From assembly GCF_044704955.1 (NCBI RefSeq), contig NC_091987.1, positions 95,480,001 through 95,544,000 on the forward strand: a stretch of 64,000 nt of DNA. Direction: 5' to 3'. The notes beneath the pieces were generated by a model that had not been told where the DNA came from, did no database searches, and was given only the letters and a program-made list of their open reading frames with translations. Of the stretch, positions 1-13,758 are shown one piece after another. The stretch's first letter is position 1, and each line of letters begins with the position of its first letter. Source of the stretch: Pristiophorus japonicus (taxonomy: Eukaryota). The position numbers and the translations under genes are program-made.

Positions 1-422
1 GCAAGCAGACTTTAGGCATGTTTTGCGCCCAATTCATTCTTGCCTTGATTTTCTGTCTAGCTGTATTTTGTAGGCTACAGTTTTTGCCCACATTTTGTAC
101 CATCGGAAGAAATGTTGACCCTAACTGCCCAGCGGAAGTGAGTGAGTGGGCAAATAATATTGCCCCAGTTACTTACGCACCAGAAAGCAGCTAGGAACTC
201 ACTATTCTGAATTTTAACCTATGCCTCAGCAGGCGGCAAGGACAGCCACGCGGGGTCCTTCTTTACATATGCATGTCGGTTCCCGATGCTGTAGAAAAGA
301 AAGAAAAACAGACGAGAAATGGGCTAACGTTTTAATTGCTAAGCACCTAGCAACCTATATGGCCATTAATATGAGCACAGACCTGTGTAAAGCCCAGAAA
401 CGGAGATGGAAAACATTCTTAC

Positions 423-790
423 TGTTATATATGCAGACTATAGTTATACTCTCTGTGTAGTCACTGTATAGTTGCATAAGATGGAGACTTGTTACCTGAT
501 GTACTATCAATAAGGTTTACACTTGTGTATATGCTATGCTGGCACCACTAGAGGGTGCAACTGGTGGAGACGGGGGGGTTCGTGCCCCTGTGGCAGAGGC
601 TGTCCACCAGAGGGCACTGTGGTGGAAGACCTGAGGGGCATCTGCATAGGTGTGCAGGGCCCAGTATAAAAGACTGCCCACCATGTTTGTGCCTCACTCT
701 GGAATTACAAATAAAGGACCAAGGTCACTATAGTTTGAGTACAACACATTGCCTCGTGGAGTCATTCATAAGTGCATTACAGACATAACA
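423..790 (+). mobile_element. Solo LTR (Gypsy-like)
   Basis: TGTTAT...ATAACA termini; 5-bp TSD CTTAC at 418-422 and 791-795; internal TATAAAA (~665) and AATAAA (~710); ends resemble the Gypsy LTR at 56631-56841. Confidence 0.85.
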
Positions 791-799
791 CTTACCTTA

Positions 800-1265
800 G
801 TCATAGAATTTTACAGTACAGAAAGGCCATTTGGCCCTTTGTGTCCATGCTAGTCCCATCTCACCCCTCCCCCTTTTCCTCAGAGCCTTTTAAATTGTTC
901 TTCAAATATTTTTCCATTTCCTTTTTAAAACATGTTATGGATTCTGCTTCCATCACTGTTTCTGGTAAGAGGTTCCATTTTCTAATAATTCTCTGTATAA
1001 ACAAAATTTCTTCTAACCTCATCCTTCATTCTGTTGGTGATGATCGGAAATTCATGCCTCCTAGTTACTGTCTGATTGACTAGTGGAAATAGTTTTTGCC
1101 TATTTATCTATCAAAACCCCACAGTCTTGAAAGCCTCTATCTGATCTTCTCTTAACTTTCTTTGTTCTAATGAAAAAATTATTTCCTCATAACTAAAGCC
1201 ACTCATCCCCGGTATCATCTTATTAAATCTCTTCTGCACTTTCTCTATGGCCTTGACATCCTTTT
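800..1265 (-). mobile_element. Degraded CR1-type LINE 3' fragment
   Basis: Resembles the reverse-complemented CR1 3' ends elsewhere in the window; no intact ORF. Confidence 0.6.
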
Positions 1266-3631
1266 AATACTGCCCGCAACAATATCATCCCACACAGGCC
1301 TCTCCTCTCTCAGTGGCCTCAGGCTTATCTTCTGCTCTGTTTCCAGTGCATTAATCTTTGAGCTGGTCTTTGGGTTTTGATGTTTTCTGTATCTCTGCAC
1401 ATGCACGATCTGTGCCCAATATATTTTTTTTACCCCTCGAACACAGTCATGGCTTACTTGCCTTCTACTTTATTGCCCCTTAATGTGCTTTCTTTGCTCC
1501 TCAGTAATGCGCAAATAAGTTGTTGTGATTTCTCTTGGGCTTCCATGTATACGAACTGCTGCTAAAGTGCAACCTGCCCCTTAAAAAAAGCACAGCAAGT
1601 TCAAAAGGTAGAAATGCCCCAAATAAGAGAGAAGGTCAGAGGATGGGACACATGCAGAACAGAGAGGAAGGAAACAAATGGAAGGGCAGATTTATAGAAA
1701 GAACCAGATAAAAATTAAGTCTCAGAGACAAACCAATGCAATAACACAGACACAACAAGAGAAACGATCTCCGAATCATATAGAGAAGACAGAAAACAAC
1801 AGTGAGGGAGAAAGTTGAAGTTTAACAGGAATACAATGATGTAAACAGAAAGAATTAAAGATTGGGAGACAAACAAAGAGACAATTACGTGAAGTGAAAA
1901 GACACAATCCTTGCTTTTCTTTTGGCCCATGGAAAATGCTACTTACCTCAAAATTAAATAATGTAAACAGAACTGCAGGACAATATTGGCCTAGGATTTA
2001 TATATAAAATTGTGCTGGAGAACAAAGATATATTAATAGATCCTGTAATTTTTCATTTGGCATTCTATATGAGCTGTTTGAGTGAAACTGGCCTGATTAT
2101 ACTCAAGCTCCATGGGTATAATTATTGCTATTTTTCAAATGTGCAAACACTTTAGTTCCTGACTACATATAGCACACTAGTTCCATTTACACTTGGAACT
2201 CTACTCAGGGTAGACCCAGTAAAGATGCCAAAATCTACCATGTAAATCTAATGAACCAACCAAATAAAAGTATTGGAAACTGGTTCTAAAATTCATCCCA
2301 GCAGTCATTGGATTTAAGAGCAATTTTATGCCAGAATAAACATTGTATACACAAGGATATATTTTCCAATCACCACTGCTGGCAGCAGTGTTGCAGATTG
2401 GGCAATGGGGGGTTTGAAAGTTAGATGAAGAACCTAATTGTAATGAGAAAGAAGTTCTCTGGACTGAGGAAGCGTGCCAAAGTAGGGTTGACTGAAAAGA
2501 AAGAAACGCCTGTACTCTCACACACCAGGCATTGAACCCACAGCATGGTGCCACATCAGCAATACAGCTTGGAAATCACTGGCTTCACTCGTCACATTTG
2601 AACCATGCAGGCATACAATATGGTTAGTGCATTCGTGCAGGTGTCATCATCGTCCCAGTCCCGCCTCCTTCTGTGATGCCAGATTTCAAAGGTGGCAGGT
2701 GCAGGAACAGTCCTTCCTGGAGGGACACAAATAGGGCGGAGACTCAAACGTAACCAGTCCCACTCCAAGCTCTGCTGCTGTGCACCCCATTTGCACCCCA
2801 ATGATCACAGGTTTTCAGGCCCAGATAGCTTAACATTTCAGGTGAGATCCTCCATGTTCTGATGGAGGCTCAAACATTACTCCCTCTTTCTGATTCAGAC
2901 ACTGACTGACTTGCTATATATTTCCAGCATGTTCTGTCTTTTCAAATTTACAGTATTTGTGCTTTTTAGATCCTCATGGAACCCAAGGACTGGAGTGGAA
3001 TGCACAATATAGCAGTCACACGCTGATTGCCCAATAGCTTCTACAAGGTACATCATGAAATGGAGGCAAAATGAGATGTTGTGTCAATTGATCCCTATTA
3101 AGAATGCAAACCAGGTATGAAGAATACAGCTGACCTGTACAATAGGATACGGGAGCTGACAACCTTCTCATAAATGCATGCAAAAGATAGTAGAAAAGGG
3201 AAGAAAAGTAAGGGGAAAACAATTGTAGTTGTTCACCATACAATTCCATTCATTGTAACCAGCTTATCACCAGCATAGATTCTTAAACCCTCATGTGTCT
3301 ATATGATGTGAATTTCCTTATGCAATGGGGACATGGTGGTTAAAGTTTCTGTAAAGCAATTTTAGCAACAAAACAAATGAAAAGTGGGATTGCACCACGT
3401 TTTACAGAAAATGCTGGAAATGTCTAGCAAATCAGTTACCTTTTCACAAAATTACTGCAAACAAGAATTTCAGTCCTCACGGTGTCTAGCATCATCAGAA
3501 TAGTAGTTAGTCAGTGTTGGATGCTTTTCCATAAACAATTTCTTTAGTCAGGTTGACAAATGTCTGCAAAATTGTATTCCTATCCTGGCCACAAACTGAT
3601 CTCCTAATATATCATATCTGGTGGGTCTACC

Positions 3632-4055
3632 ATCAACCCGTCGCAAATCTAGAAGGCCATTTTGGAACGGTCTCTGAAGCCCTTCAGCGATCTCCCCTCA
3701 GCCTTGATGACCGATGGCAAAATGCTTGGAAGAACTGTGACTTACAGAATGGAGTCTTTAAGGAGGACCCCACAGTACAACCTGAAGGATCAAACCTTCC
3801 TTGCAAACAGTGGAGAACAATCAACTGCCTCAGAACTGGTCATGGTAGATGCTCCAACCTTCTCCATAGATGGAAGATTAAAGCATCCCCATCATGGAGC
3901 TCCTAATCAGACCCTGGAGCACATCATTGAGCATTGCCCTCAGAGGAAATTTGCAGGCAGCCTAGAAGATAGCCACGCTGTAACACCAGAAGCTTATGCC
4001 TGGATATCTGACCTAGATATCAATAGTTAATTTGTTTCTTGCTATGACCATATGA
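3632..4055 (+). mobile_element. 3' fragment of a non-LTR retrotransposon (RTE-X/I-like C-terminal Zn finger)
   Basis: Overlapping frames give W..INCLRTGHGRCSNLLHRW...GAPNQTLEHIIEHCP, typical of a LINE ORF2 C-terminal region. Confidence 0.65.
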
Positions 4056-4254
4056 AAGAAGGTGGGTCTAGCATCAAAAGGGTCACCATTTACAAAGCCT
4101 TTTTGTCTCTGCCTCAGAACGAGTCTTTGGCTTGGCTGGGGGGGATTGTTATTTATATGATACTGATGGGCTGCAAGGCAAGTACAATATTGATGTCTCC
4201 AAGGATGTTAATAATGTATGTCACTGATGCAATTATAATTAGACAGATGGTTCC

Positions 4255-4466
4255 TCGCAGGTCAAGGCCTTGCTGTGGGTCCGTGTGGTGGCTGGTGTGC
4301 CATGGCCACCTCACGTTAAAAAGATCCACACACAGGCATCTTCCACCCTTCAACGTGTAGTTTGGGATTTGGAGTATTAGGTCCTTCATTGAAACACCTG
4401 TGAACTCATCTCTTTTTGGCGTGGAAGCAAGTCATCCTCGATACGAGGGATCGCCTAAGAAGAAGA
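4255..4466 (+). mobile_element. SINE-like repeat with RTE-type 3' tail (partial)
   Basis: Similar to 47810-47988; ends gtggaagcaagtcatcctcg...gagggatcgcct(aag)n like the RTE tails at ~32900 and ~35060. Confidence 0.7.
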
Positions 4467-5164
4467 GAAATATAATAAGACATACAGGAAATACACTGAG
4501 TTCTTTGAGACCTTACAACTGGCTCCCTTCCTGACTACTGCTCAAGTCCATGGAGTACACCTGTTCTAATAGAATGTTACTTATTTTACTCCTTGCTTAA
4601 ACACAGATTAAAAGGATCGCTCATGCTCTTCATGCCAGGATCATCATCACTCTTCAGTTGCACATTGCAGTTGCACATTGGAGCCTTGTACAAAATAGTA
4701 AGCAATAAGCAATGCCCAGGTTCCTTATTTGAGCTACTATATATAGGATTCACCTAGTCAAATTTAGGAAGTTACCTACTATCTATAATGGAGTCCCTTT
4801 AGAATCAAATTAAGTATGCCAAAAGGAAAAACATCAAAGGATTATTTGAGCCTTTTAACATGGATTATATGAAGGGAATAAAAAAAGTTTATGCAACACT
4901 CATTTCTGTCACTAAATAGGGTAATAAAAATAGCAATAGCATTGATGGTAATGGTCATGTATTATACTTTTAGTATGTAAAGAATATACAGGCACAAAAT
5001 TAAGCTGTGGGTGTCTCTCAGTTGCCTTTTCTCATTACCATATTTTGGGTTTTAAAAACAGTATCTTTGGGCCCATTTTAACTCCATGCTAGGGGTGGGC
5101 GGAGTTAAGGGATGCAAAGCTGTTGGGAGTGCTGATAGCTGCGTCACTTTTTTCTACTACCATT

Positions 5165-5743
5165 TTGTTATTCCTAATAAGTGCAGCTACTTCGCCTTCC
5201 CTTTTTCCTTCTATCTTTTAAAAATATATTATACCCTACAATGTTTAATTCCCAGTCCTGATTTTTATGTAGCCATGTCTCAGTAATCCCTACTATGTCT
5301 GGGTCCTTGCAACGCACGAGTGCTTCCAGCCTCTCTGTTTTGTTATGGATACTGTATACATTGCTGTACAGACAGTTTAACTCATTTTTAATAGGATTTC
5401 CTCTCACTTCATGTTGAACCATCTTTTTGGATTCCTGTTCAATAACTATTTATTCCCTTGACATCAATGTCCTGCCTTACTTTATTCTTTCCTATGCTCT
5501 TTTCCTGTTTGGTATATATTCAGGCTGGTTACATTTCTTGTAGATCCCGCCCCCCATCTTACTAGTTTAAAGCCATAGCCACCTCCCTATTTATCTTTAC
5601 TGCTGGGACACGAGTTCCATCCCAGTTCAGGTGGAGCCGGTCCCATCAGTACAGATCCTTCCTGTCGCAGAACTGGTGCCAGTGTCCCATGAAAGGAACC
5701 CCTCTTTCCCATACCAGCCTGTTAGTCACGTGTTAATTCTCTG
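5165..5743 (-). mobile_element. CR1 LINE (older, minus strand), ORF1-end/endonuclease part; split by later insertions
   Basis: ORF 5174-5422 LNCLYSNVYSIHNK...DIVGITETWL is an APE endonuclease N-terminus; element resumes at 9452. Confidence 0.8.
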
Positions 5744-8700
5744 GAACAGTTTGCTTCTGTTGGGTACTGTTGGGGAGGATGACTCATCAGGGGAGGGCAG
5801 CAGCAGCCAAGTTCATGGCACCGTGGGTAGGTCTGCTGCACAGGAGGGCAGGAAAAAGAGTGGGAGAGCTATAATGATAGGGGATTCAATTGTAAGGGGA
5901 ATAGATAGACTTTTTTGCGGCCGCAACCGAGACTCCAGGATGGTATGTTGCCTCCCTGGTGCAAGGGTCAAGGATGTCTCGGAGCGGGTGCAGGGCATTC
6001 TGAAAAGGGAGGGTGAACAGCCAGTTGTCATGGTGCATATTGGTACCAACGATATAGGTAAAAAAACGGGATGAGGTCCTACAAGACGAATTGAGGGAGC
6101 TAGGAGCTAAATTAAAAAGTAGGACCTCAAAAGTAGTAATCTCAGGATTGCTACCAGTGCCACGTGCTAGTCAGAGTAGGAATCGCAGGATAGCTCAGAT
6201 GAATACATGGCTTGAGGAGTGGTGCAGAAGGGAGGGATTCAAATTCCTGGGACATTAGAACCGGTTCTGGGGGAGGTGGGACCAGTACAAACCGAACGGT
6301 CTGCACCTGTTCAGGACCGGAACCAATGTCCTTGGGTGAGTGTTTGCTAGTGCTGTTGGGGAGGAGTTAAACTAGTATGGCAGGGGGATGGGAACCTATG
6401 CAGGGAGACAGAGGGAAGTAGAATGGGGGCAGAAGCAAAAGATAGAAAGAAGAAAAGTAAAAGTGTAGGACAGAGAAACCCAAGGCAAAAAGCAAAAAGG
6501 GCCACATTACAGCAAAATTCTAAAGGGGCAAAGTGTGTTAGAAAGACAATCCAGAAGGCTCTGTGCCTCAATGCGAGGAGTATTTGAAATAAGGTGGACG
6601 AATTAACTGTGCAGATAGCAGTTAATGGGTATGATGTAATTGGCATCACGGAGACATGAATCCAGGGTGACCAAGGCTGGGAACTCAACATCCAGGGGTA
6701 TTCAACATTCAGGAAGGATAGACAGAAAGGAAAAGGAGGCAGGGTGGCATTGCTGGTCAAAGAGGAAATTAATGCAATAGTAAGAAAGGACATTAGCTTG
6801 GATGATGTGGAATCGGTATGGGTGGAGCTACGGAATACTAAAGGGCAGAAAACGCTAGTAGGAGTTATGTACAGACCATCAAACAATAGTAGTGAGGTTG
6901 GGGACAGCATCAAACAAGAAATTAGGGATGCATGCAATAAAGGTACAGCAGTTATCATGGGTGACTTTAATTTACATATTGATTGGGCTAACCAAACTGG
7001 TAGCAATGTGGTGGAGGAGGATTTTCTGGAGTGTGTTAGGGATGGTTTTCTAGACCAATATGTCGAGGAACCAACTAGGGAACTGGCCATCCTAGACTGG
7101 GTGATGTGTAATGAGAAAGGACTAATTAGCAATCTTATTGTATGAGGCCCCTTGGGGAAGAGTGACCATAACATGGTAGAATTCTTTATTAAGATGGAGA
7201 GTGACACTCAATTCAGAAACTAGGGTCCTGAACTTAAGGAAAGGTAACTTCGATGGTTTGAGGCGTGAATTGGCTAGAATAGACTGGCAAATGATATTTA
7301 AAGGGTTGATGGTGAATAGGCAATGGCAAACATTTAAAGTTCACATGGATGAACTTCAACAATTGTACATCCCTGTCTGGAGCAAAAATAAAACAGGGAA
7401 GGTGGCTCAACTGTGGCTAACAAGGGAAATTAAGGATAGTGTTAAATCCAAGGAAGAGGCATATAAATTGGCCAGAAAAAGCAGCAAACCTGAGGACTGG
7501 GACAAATTTAGAATTCAGCAGAGGAGGACAAAGGGTTTAATTAAGAGGGGGAAAATAAAATACGAGAAGAAGCTTGCCGGGAACATAAAAACTGACTGTA
7601 AAAGCTTCTATAGATATGTGAAGAGAAAAAGATTAGTGAAGGCAAACGTAGGTCCCTTGCAGTCGGATTCAGGTGAATTTATAATGGGGATCAAAGAAAT
7701 GGCAGACCAATTGAACAAATACTTTGGTTCTGTCTTCATGAAGGAAGGCACAAATAATCTTCTGGATGTACTAGGGGACCGAGGGTCTAGTGAGAAGGAG
7801 GAACAGAAGGATATCCTTATTAGGCAGGAAATTGTGTTCGGGAAATTGATGGGCTTGAAGGCGGATAAATCCCTGGGGCCTGATAGTCTGCATCCCAGAG
7901 TACTTAAGGAAGTGGCCCTAGAAATAGTGGATGCGTTGGTGATCATTTTCCAACAGTGTATCGACTCTGGATCAGTTCCTATGGACTGGAGGGTAGCTAA
8001 TGTAACACCACTTTTTAAAAAGGGAGGGAGAAAGAGAAAGCGGGTAACTATAGACCGGTTAACCTGACATCAGTGGTGGGAAAAATGTTGGAATCAATTA
8101 TTAAGGATGAAATAGCAGCACATTTGGAAAGCAGTGACAGGATCGGTCCATGTCAGCATGGATTTATGGAGGGGAAATCATGCTTGACAAATCTTCTGGA
8201 ATTTTTTGAGGATGTAACTAGTAGAGTGGACAAGGGAGAACCAGTGGATGTGGTGTATTTGGACTTTCAAAAGGCTTTTGACAAGGTCCCACACAAGAGA
8301 TTGGTGTGCAAAAGCAAAGCACATGGTATTGGGGGTAATGTACTGACGTGGATAGAGAACTGGTTGGCAGACAGGAAGCAGAGAGTCGGGATAAACGGGT
8401 CCTTTTCAGAATGGCAGGCAGTGACTAGTGGAGTGCTGCAGGGCTCAGTGCTGGGATCCCAGCTCTTCACAATATACATCAATGATTTAGATGAAGGAAT
8501 TGAGTGTAATATCTTCAAGTTTGCAGATGACACTAAGCTGGGTGGCGGTATGAGCTGTGAGGGAGACGCTAAGAGGTTGCAGGGTGACTTGGACAGGTTA
8601 GGTGAGTGGGCAAATGCATGGCTGATGCAGTATAATGTGAATAAATGTGAGGTTATCCACTTTGGGGGCAAAAACGCGAAGACAGAATATTATCTGAATG

Positions 8701-9451
8701 GCGGCAGATTAGGTAAAGGGGAGCTCCAGCGAGACCTGGGTGTCATGGTTCATCAGTCATTGAAAGTTGGCATGCAGGTACAGCAGGCGGTGAAGAAGGC
8801 AAATGGTATGCTGGACTTCATAGCTAGGGGATTTGAGTATAGGAGCAGGGAGGTTTTACTGCAGTTGTACAGGGTCTTGGTGAGGCCTCACCTGGAATAT
8901 TGTGTTCAGTTTTGGTCCCCTAATCTGAGGAAAGACGTTCTTGCTATTGAGGGAGTGCAGCGAAGGTTCACCAAACTGATTCCTGGGATGGCTGGACTGA
9001 CATATGATGAGAGACTGGATAAACTGGGCCTTTATACATTGGAGTTTAGAAGGGTGAGAGGGGATCTCATAGAAACATATAAAATTCTGACGGGATGGGA
9101 CAGGTTTGATGCGGGTAGAATGTTCCTGATGTTGGGGAAGTCCAGAAATAGGGGACACAGTCTTAAGATAAGGATTAGGCCATTTAGGACTGAGATGAGG
9201 AGCAACTTCTTCACTCAGAGAGTTGTTAACCTGTGAAGTTCCCTGCCGCAGAGAGTTGTTGATGCCAGTTCATTGGATATATTCAAGAGGGAGTTAGATA
9301 TGGCCCTTACGGCTAAGGGGATCAAGGGGTATGGAGAGAAAGCAGGAAAGGTGTACTGAGGGAATGATCAGCCATGATCTTAATGAATGGTGGTGCAGGC
9401 TCGAAGGGCTGAATGGCCTACTCCTGCACCTATTTTCTATGTTTCTATGTT
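5744..9451 (+). mobile_element. CR1 LINE, 5'-truncated within ORF1, ORF2 disrupted by stops and frameshifts
   Basis: ORF1 SGNH-esterase motifs (IGDSIVRG, HIGTND); APE endonuclease (GDFN); RT (YLDFQKAFDKVPH, QGSVLG, FADD); (TTCTATGT)n tail. Confidence 0.95.
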
Positions 9452-10392
9452 TCTCTGTTCTATACAATTTGCACGTGGCTCAGGCAATAATCCAGAGATT
9501 ATTACCCTTGAGATCCTGCTTTTTAATTTAGAGCCTAACTCCTGATACTCTTTCAGCAGGACCTCCTCCCTGTTCCAACTTATGTCGTTTGTTCCAACAT
9601 GGACCACAACAACTGGATTTACCCCCTCCCTTTCCAAGATCCTCTCCAGCCATCATGAGATATCCCTTATCCTGGCACCGGGTAGGCAACAAATTCTTTG
9701 GGATTCTTGTTCTTGGCAGCAAAGTAAGCTATCTATCCCTCATTATAGAGACCCCTATCACTACCATATTTCTATTCTGCTCTTTCCCCTCTTGGGTAGC
9801 CTTTTGAGCCACGGTGCCTTGGTCTGCATTGTAGCTGTCCTCCCTAATCTTTCTCCTTGTCCTCACTGATAGCAAGTACATCGTACCTGTTGGACAGGAC
9901 CAGTGTCAGCGGGACTTTCTTCTCAACCGCTCCTAAATCCCTGCTCCCTAACAGTCACATCCTCCCTTTCCTGAACCTGTGCTTTCCTCTGGGGTGTGAC
10001 TGTATTCTGGATAATACTGTCCAGAAATTCTTCCCCCTCCCTTATGTGTTGGAGTGTCTCCAGCTCAATGACTCTGAGCCAGATTAGAGATGGAGAAATC
10101 TCCTGCAGACGCAATTGCTCGGGACAGTTTCGCTGTCCAAACTCCCACATACTGCAGTCCACACAGCCTGCTCTGCCACATCTTAGTCCAGCCTTATTTT
10201 ATTTAATTAGTTAGTCTTTATTTAATGATTATTTAGTTATATTAATTAGATTAACTTAGTTAAGCTATAAATTCAATACAGTACTTTATAATTTCCCGCA
10301 CCTACTTTAAACCATTGTCCGAGGTTAAAGAGAAAAAAAGCTTAATACTCACCAACCAATCACCTACCTGCTGTCCTGTGCCATTACTCCTT
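9452..10392 (-). mobile_element. CR1 LINE (minus strand) ORF1 and 5' UTR; continuation of 5165-5743
   Basis: Minus ORFs VVVHVGTNDI...VIISGLLPEPRAN and a degenerate Zn-finger-like CSMWE...; interrupted by the Harbinger-type element at 10393. Confidence 0.8.
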
Positions 10393-10802
10393 GGGCTAGA
10401 CTTTCCACTAGGTGGCTAAGGCACCAAAAAATGGGCCTTATTCCAGTGATGTGTGATGTATCGCCCATGCTGATTGCCGGCATAAGGCCCATTTTTTTTT
10501 GCGATTTTCCACTCGGCCTTACCCCTGCGATGTCAAATGGGCGATCTGATTTCTCAGCAATCTCACAATCGCCCAAAAAAAGAGGAAATGAAACGGAAGT
10601 CCAAAAAATAAATTTCCCCAGCAACGATATTGTGCGCATGTGTGGGGTGTTTTTTTGGATCAATTTTTTTTGCTGCCTTTGGAAAGTTCATGGGTCATCG
10701 CACATGCTCAGAAGGAAAGGGAGGGTCGGTGAGAGCGGGAGAGAGAGGCGAGAGGAGTTCATCGGTAGATTGTTATCAGTTATCATTACAGACGTTTCAG
10801 CA

Positions 10803-13758
10803 ATGGCCATGTCGAATCAAAATCCAAATTAAAGTGAAAGAAGAAGGGCCAAAGCCTTCAGTGAGGAGGCTAATGAGGCACTAGTCCATGTTGTATCAAC
10901 AAGGTGGGAGAACTTGACACTGGGTGGCCTTGGGAAACCTCCACCCCGTGCTTACAGGCGGATCTGGCAGGAGATTGCCGATGTGGTGACATCGGCATCC
11001 CATGAGGTGCGGATATCGGACCAGTGCTGCAAGAGGTGGAACAGCCTCCTGGCAGTTGCCAGAGTAAGTTTGATTCTACTATGTATTTAAAACATATATA
11101 AAACTCATGTTTATAAATTATTATGTATTATTTATTCTTGTTTATTAATTGCAAACAAATTCCTCAATTTTAATTATTTAGAATGTGAAGTTTAAAAACT
11201 ACATTAAATGAAAAAAAATTACATTACCTAATACTAAGTTGCATGTTATAGTATTAAAAATTATTCATATGCAGCCACCATAGTAAGCTGCATTGTAATA
11301 TTTAAAAATATTAATATTTTTAAAAATTGTAATATTTAAAAGCTATTTAAAAGTCCTATTTAAAATTATACGTATATATGTATGGTATAAGAACATAAGA
11401 ACATAAGAATTAGGAACAGGAGTAGGCCATTTAGCCCCTCGAGCCTACTCCGCCATTCAACAAGATCATGGCTGATCTGGCCGTGGACTCAGCTCCACTT
11501 ACCCGCCCGCTCCCCGTAACCTTTAATTCCCTTATTGGTTAAAAATCTATCTATCTGTGACTTGAATACATTCAATGAGCTAGCCTCAACTGCTTCCTTG
11601 GGCAGAGAATTCCACAGATTCACAACCCTCTGGGAGAAGAAATTCTTTCTCAACTCGGTTTTAAATTGTCTCCCCCGTATTTTGAGGCTGTGCCCCCTAG
11701 TTCTAGTCTCCCGACCAGTGGAAACAACCTCTCTGCCTCTATCTTGTCTATCCCTTTCATTATTTTAAATGTTTCTATAAGATCACCCCTCATCCTTCTG
11801 AACTCCAACGAGTAAAGACCCAGTCTACTCAATCTATCATCATAAGGTAACCCCCTCATCTCTTTTTGGGATTCATGCACAAGGACCCCCAGGTCCCTCT
11901 GCACCGCAGCATGTTGTAATTTCTCCCCATTCAAATAATATTCCCTTTTACTGTTTTTTTTCCCAAGGTGAATGACCTCACACTTTCCGACATTGTATTC
12001 CTTCTGCCAAACCTTAACCCATTCACTTAACCTATCTAAATCTCTTTGCAGCCTCTCTGTGTCCTCTATACAGCCCGCTTTCCCACTAATCTTTGTGTCA
12101 TCTGAAAATTTTGTTACACTACACTCTGTCCCCTCTTCCAGGTCATCTATGTATATTGTAAACAGTTGTGGTCCCAGCACCGATCCCTGTGGCATACCAC
12201 GAACCACCGATTTCCAACCCGAAAAGGACCCATTTATCCTGACTCTCTGCTTTCTGTTAGCCAGCCAATTCTCAATCCATGCTAATACATTTCCTCTGAC
12301 TCCACGTACCTTTATCTTCTGCAGTAACCTTTTGTGTGGCACCTTATCGAATGCCTTTTCAAAATCTAAATACACCACATCCATCGGTACACCTCTATCC
12401 ACCATGCTCGTTATATCCTCAAATTGTATACTTACTGTGTATAATTAGAATATTAAAATGTATTCATATGCAATACGAGGTTACGTAATAATGGAACATT
12501 TAAATCAGTCTTCAATGTTTATTGTCAGGAAAGGTAGCTTATGCCATGCAATGTTAAATTAGCATTTACAGAAAAAGTTTAAACCGCGCGGAGCATAGGA
12601 GGACGGGTGGCGGCCCCATGGCAGTGCACATTCTCAATCCATACGAGGAGTTTGCGGTGGCATTAGTGAGTTCTGAAAGCCGTGCGGTCACGACTCGTGG
12701 CGTGGCCGAGCCCACCGTTGAGCCTGGTGACTAATGCGGAATGTGCAAAGTATCAAACATTACTAATAACATATGCAAAATATCGTAGTTACGCATTTGT
12801 TATGCAATTATAATTCATTAGTTCAGATGTAGTCTGATCTACGAGTGAGGTCGTGTTAACGCTGATGAAGTCTTGTGCATTTGTGGTTTTACAAAGTATT
12901 GCAATGTTTTGCATTACATTGAAATTATTGATATTGAAATATATTGATATGTATTGTTATGAGTTGTTTAGAAATTTCATTCATCTTTCTCAGGTGAAGT
13001 GTCTGTTGAGCACTGCTCGGTGCCACTCACAGACCCCTCTTCTAACAGCTCACAGGAGGGTGAGACAGCGGAGGACGAGCAGGAGGAGGAGGAGGAGGAT
13101 GATTTTTTTTGTGGGGAGGGAACAACCTGTGACCATCTCGGTTGAGATGAAAGAAGTACCGGGACCAAGTGGTGTGCAGGTGGCGTCGCCAAGGCACGTC
13201 ATATTGCAAACGCCGACCCCACGGAGGTCTGGTCTGCGTGGCGAGCAATCGCCTACCTTGGAGGGCCAGGCAGAGAGCTTGATTTCCCTGTGCAGGGAGA
13301 CGGTCGCGATTGGTCGCGACCTTATCTAGGGGTTCGCAGGATTCTCTGCGAACTGAAGCCCGTTTCCAGCATCCTGGAGCGAGTTCTGCAGGAATTTCTC
13401 GAACTGGTCTTCTGAGCAGTCACAGACTGCAAGGGAGACCTTGGAGGCTATTAGGCAGCAGACAGCTGCAACCAATGCCTTATGGCATGCGTTGCTGGCT
13501 GGACACGGCACTGCACCCCAAGGTGTCATGTCTGCTCGCAGCGAGACCCCTAGCACGCAAGCAAGTACAGAGGACACAGTTCCCCCTGACTCAGAAGTGG
13601 AGCCTCAGGCTTCTGCTCCGTCACCTCCACCACGGCAGGAAGTCTTGCCGTCCCACTCTGCACGACGTCTTGGTGTCGGTCTGCGTAGACCAAAACGGGC
13701 GGGTGGGGTGCGAACACGGGGTGGGGCTGGACCTGGAGGGAAACCTGGCCACAGGTAG
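10803..13758 (+). pseudogene. Harbinger-associated Myb/SANT-like DNA-binding protein, 3 exons (10803-11063, 12572-12726, 12994-13758), disabled
   Basis: Exon 1 RAKAFSEEANEALV..RW..IWQEIADVV..QCCKRWNSLL with AGA|GTAAGT donor; exon 2 NRAEHRRTGGGP; exon 3 acidic tract, putative coiled coil, RGG tail; stop at 10830-10832, frameshifts near 12580 and 13105, stops near 13327 and 13354. Confidence 0.8.
11387..12420 (-). mobile_element. CR1 LINE 3' fragment with internal deletion, inside intron 1 of the Myb gene
   Basis: ORF 11650-12405 RT (YLDFEKAFDKVPH, FSDD); (ATAAGAAC)n tail on plus; deletion junction HESQKE|MRGL near 11862. Confidence 0.9.

Noticed and set aside
1947-1990. 44-nt minus-strand micro-exon candidate with a perfect GAG|GTAAGT donor (QYCPAVLFTLFNFE)
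   Set aside because: Weak acceptor, no recognisable protein and no supportable partner exons
4517-4697. Exon-like segments on both strands (minus 4517-4560; plus ~4607-4697)
   Set aside because: Translations are unrecognisable and splice-like signals at this level occur by chance
6347-7207. 286-aa minus-strand ORF and similar long antisense ORFs over LINE/LTR coding regions
   Set aside because: Shadow ORFs on the antisense strand of CR1, RTE and Gypsy sequences
10803-13758. Functional domesticated Myb/SANT (NAIF1/MSANTD-like) host gene
   Set aside because: Still inside TIRs with a TSD and carries several stops and frameshifts
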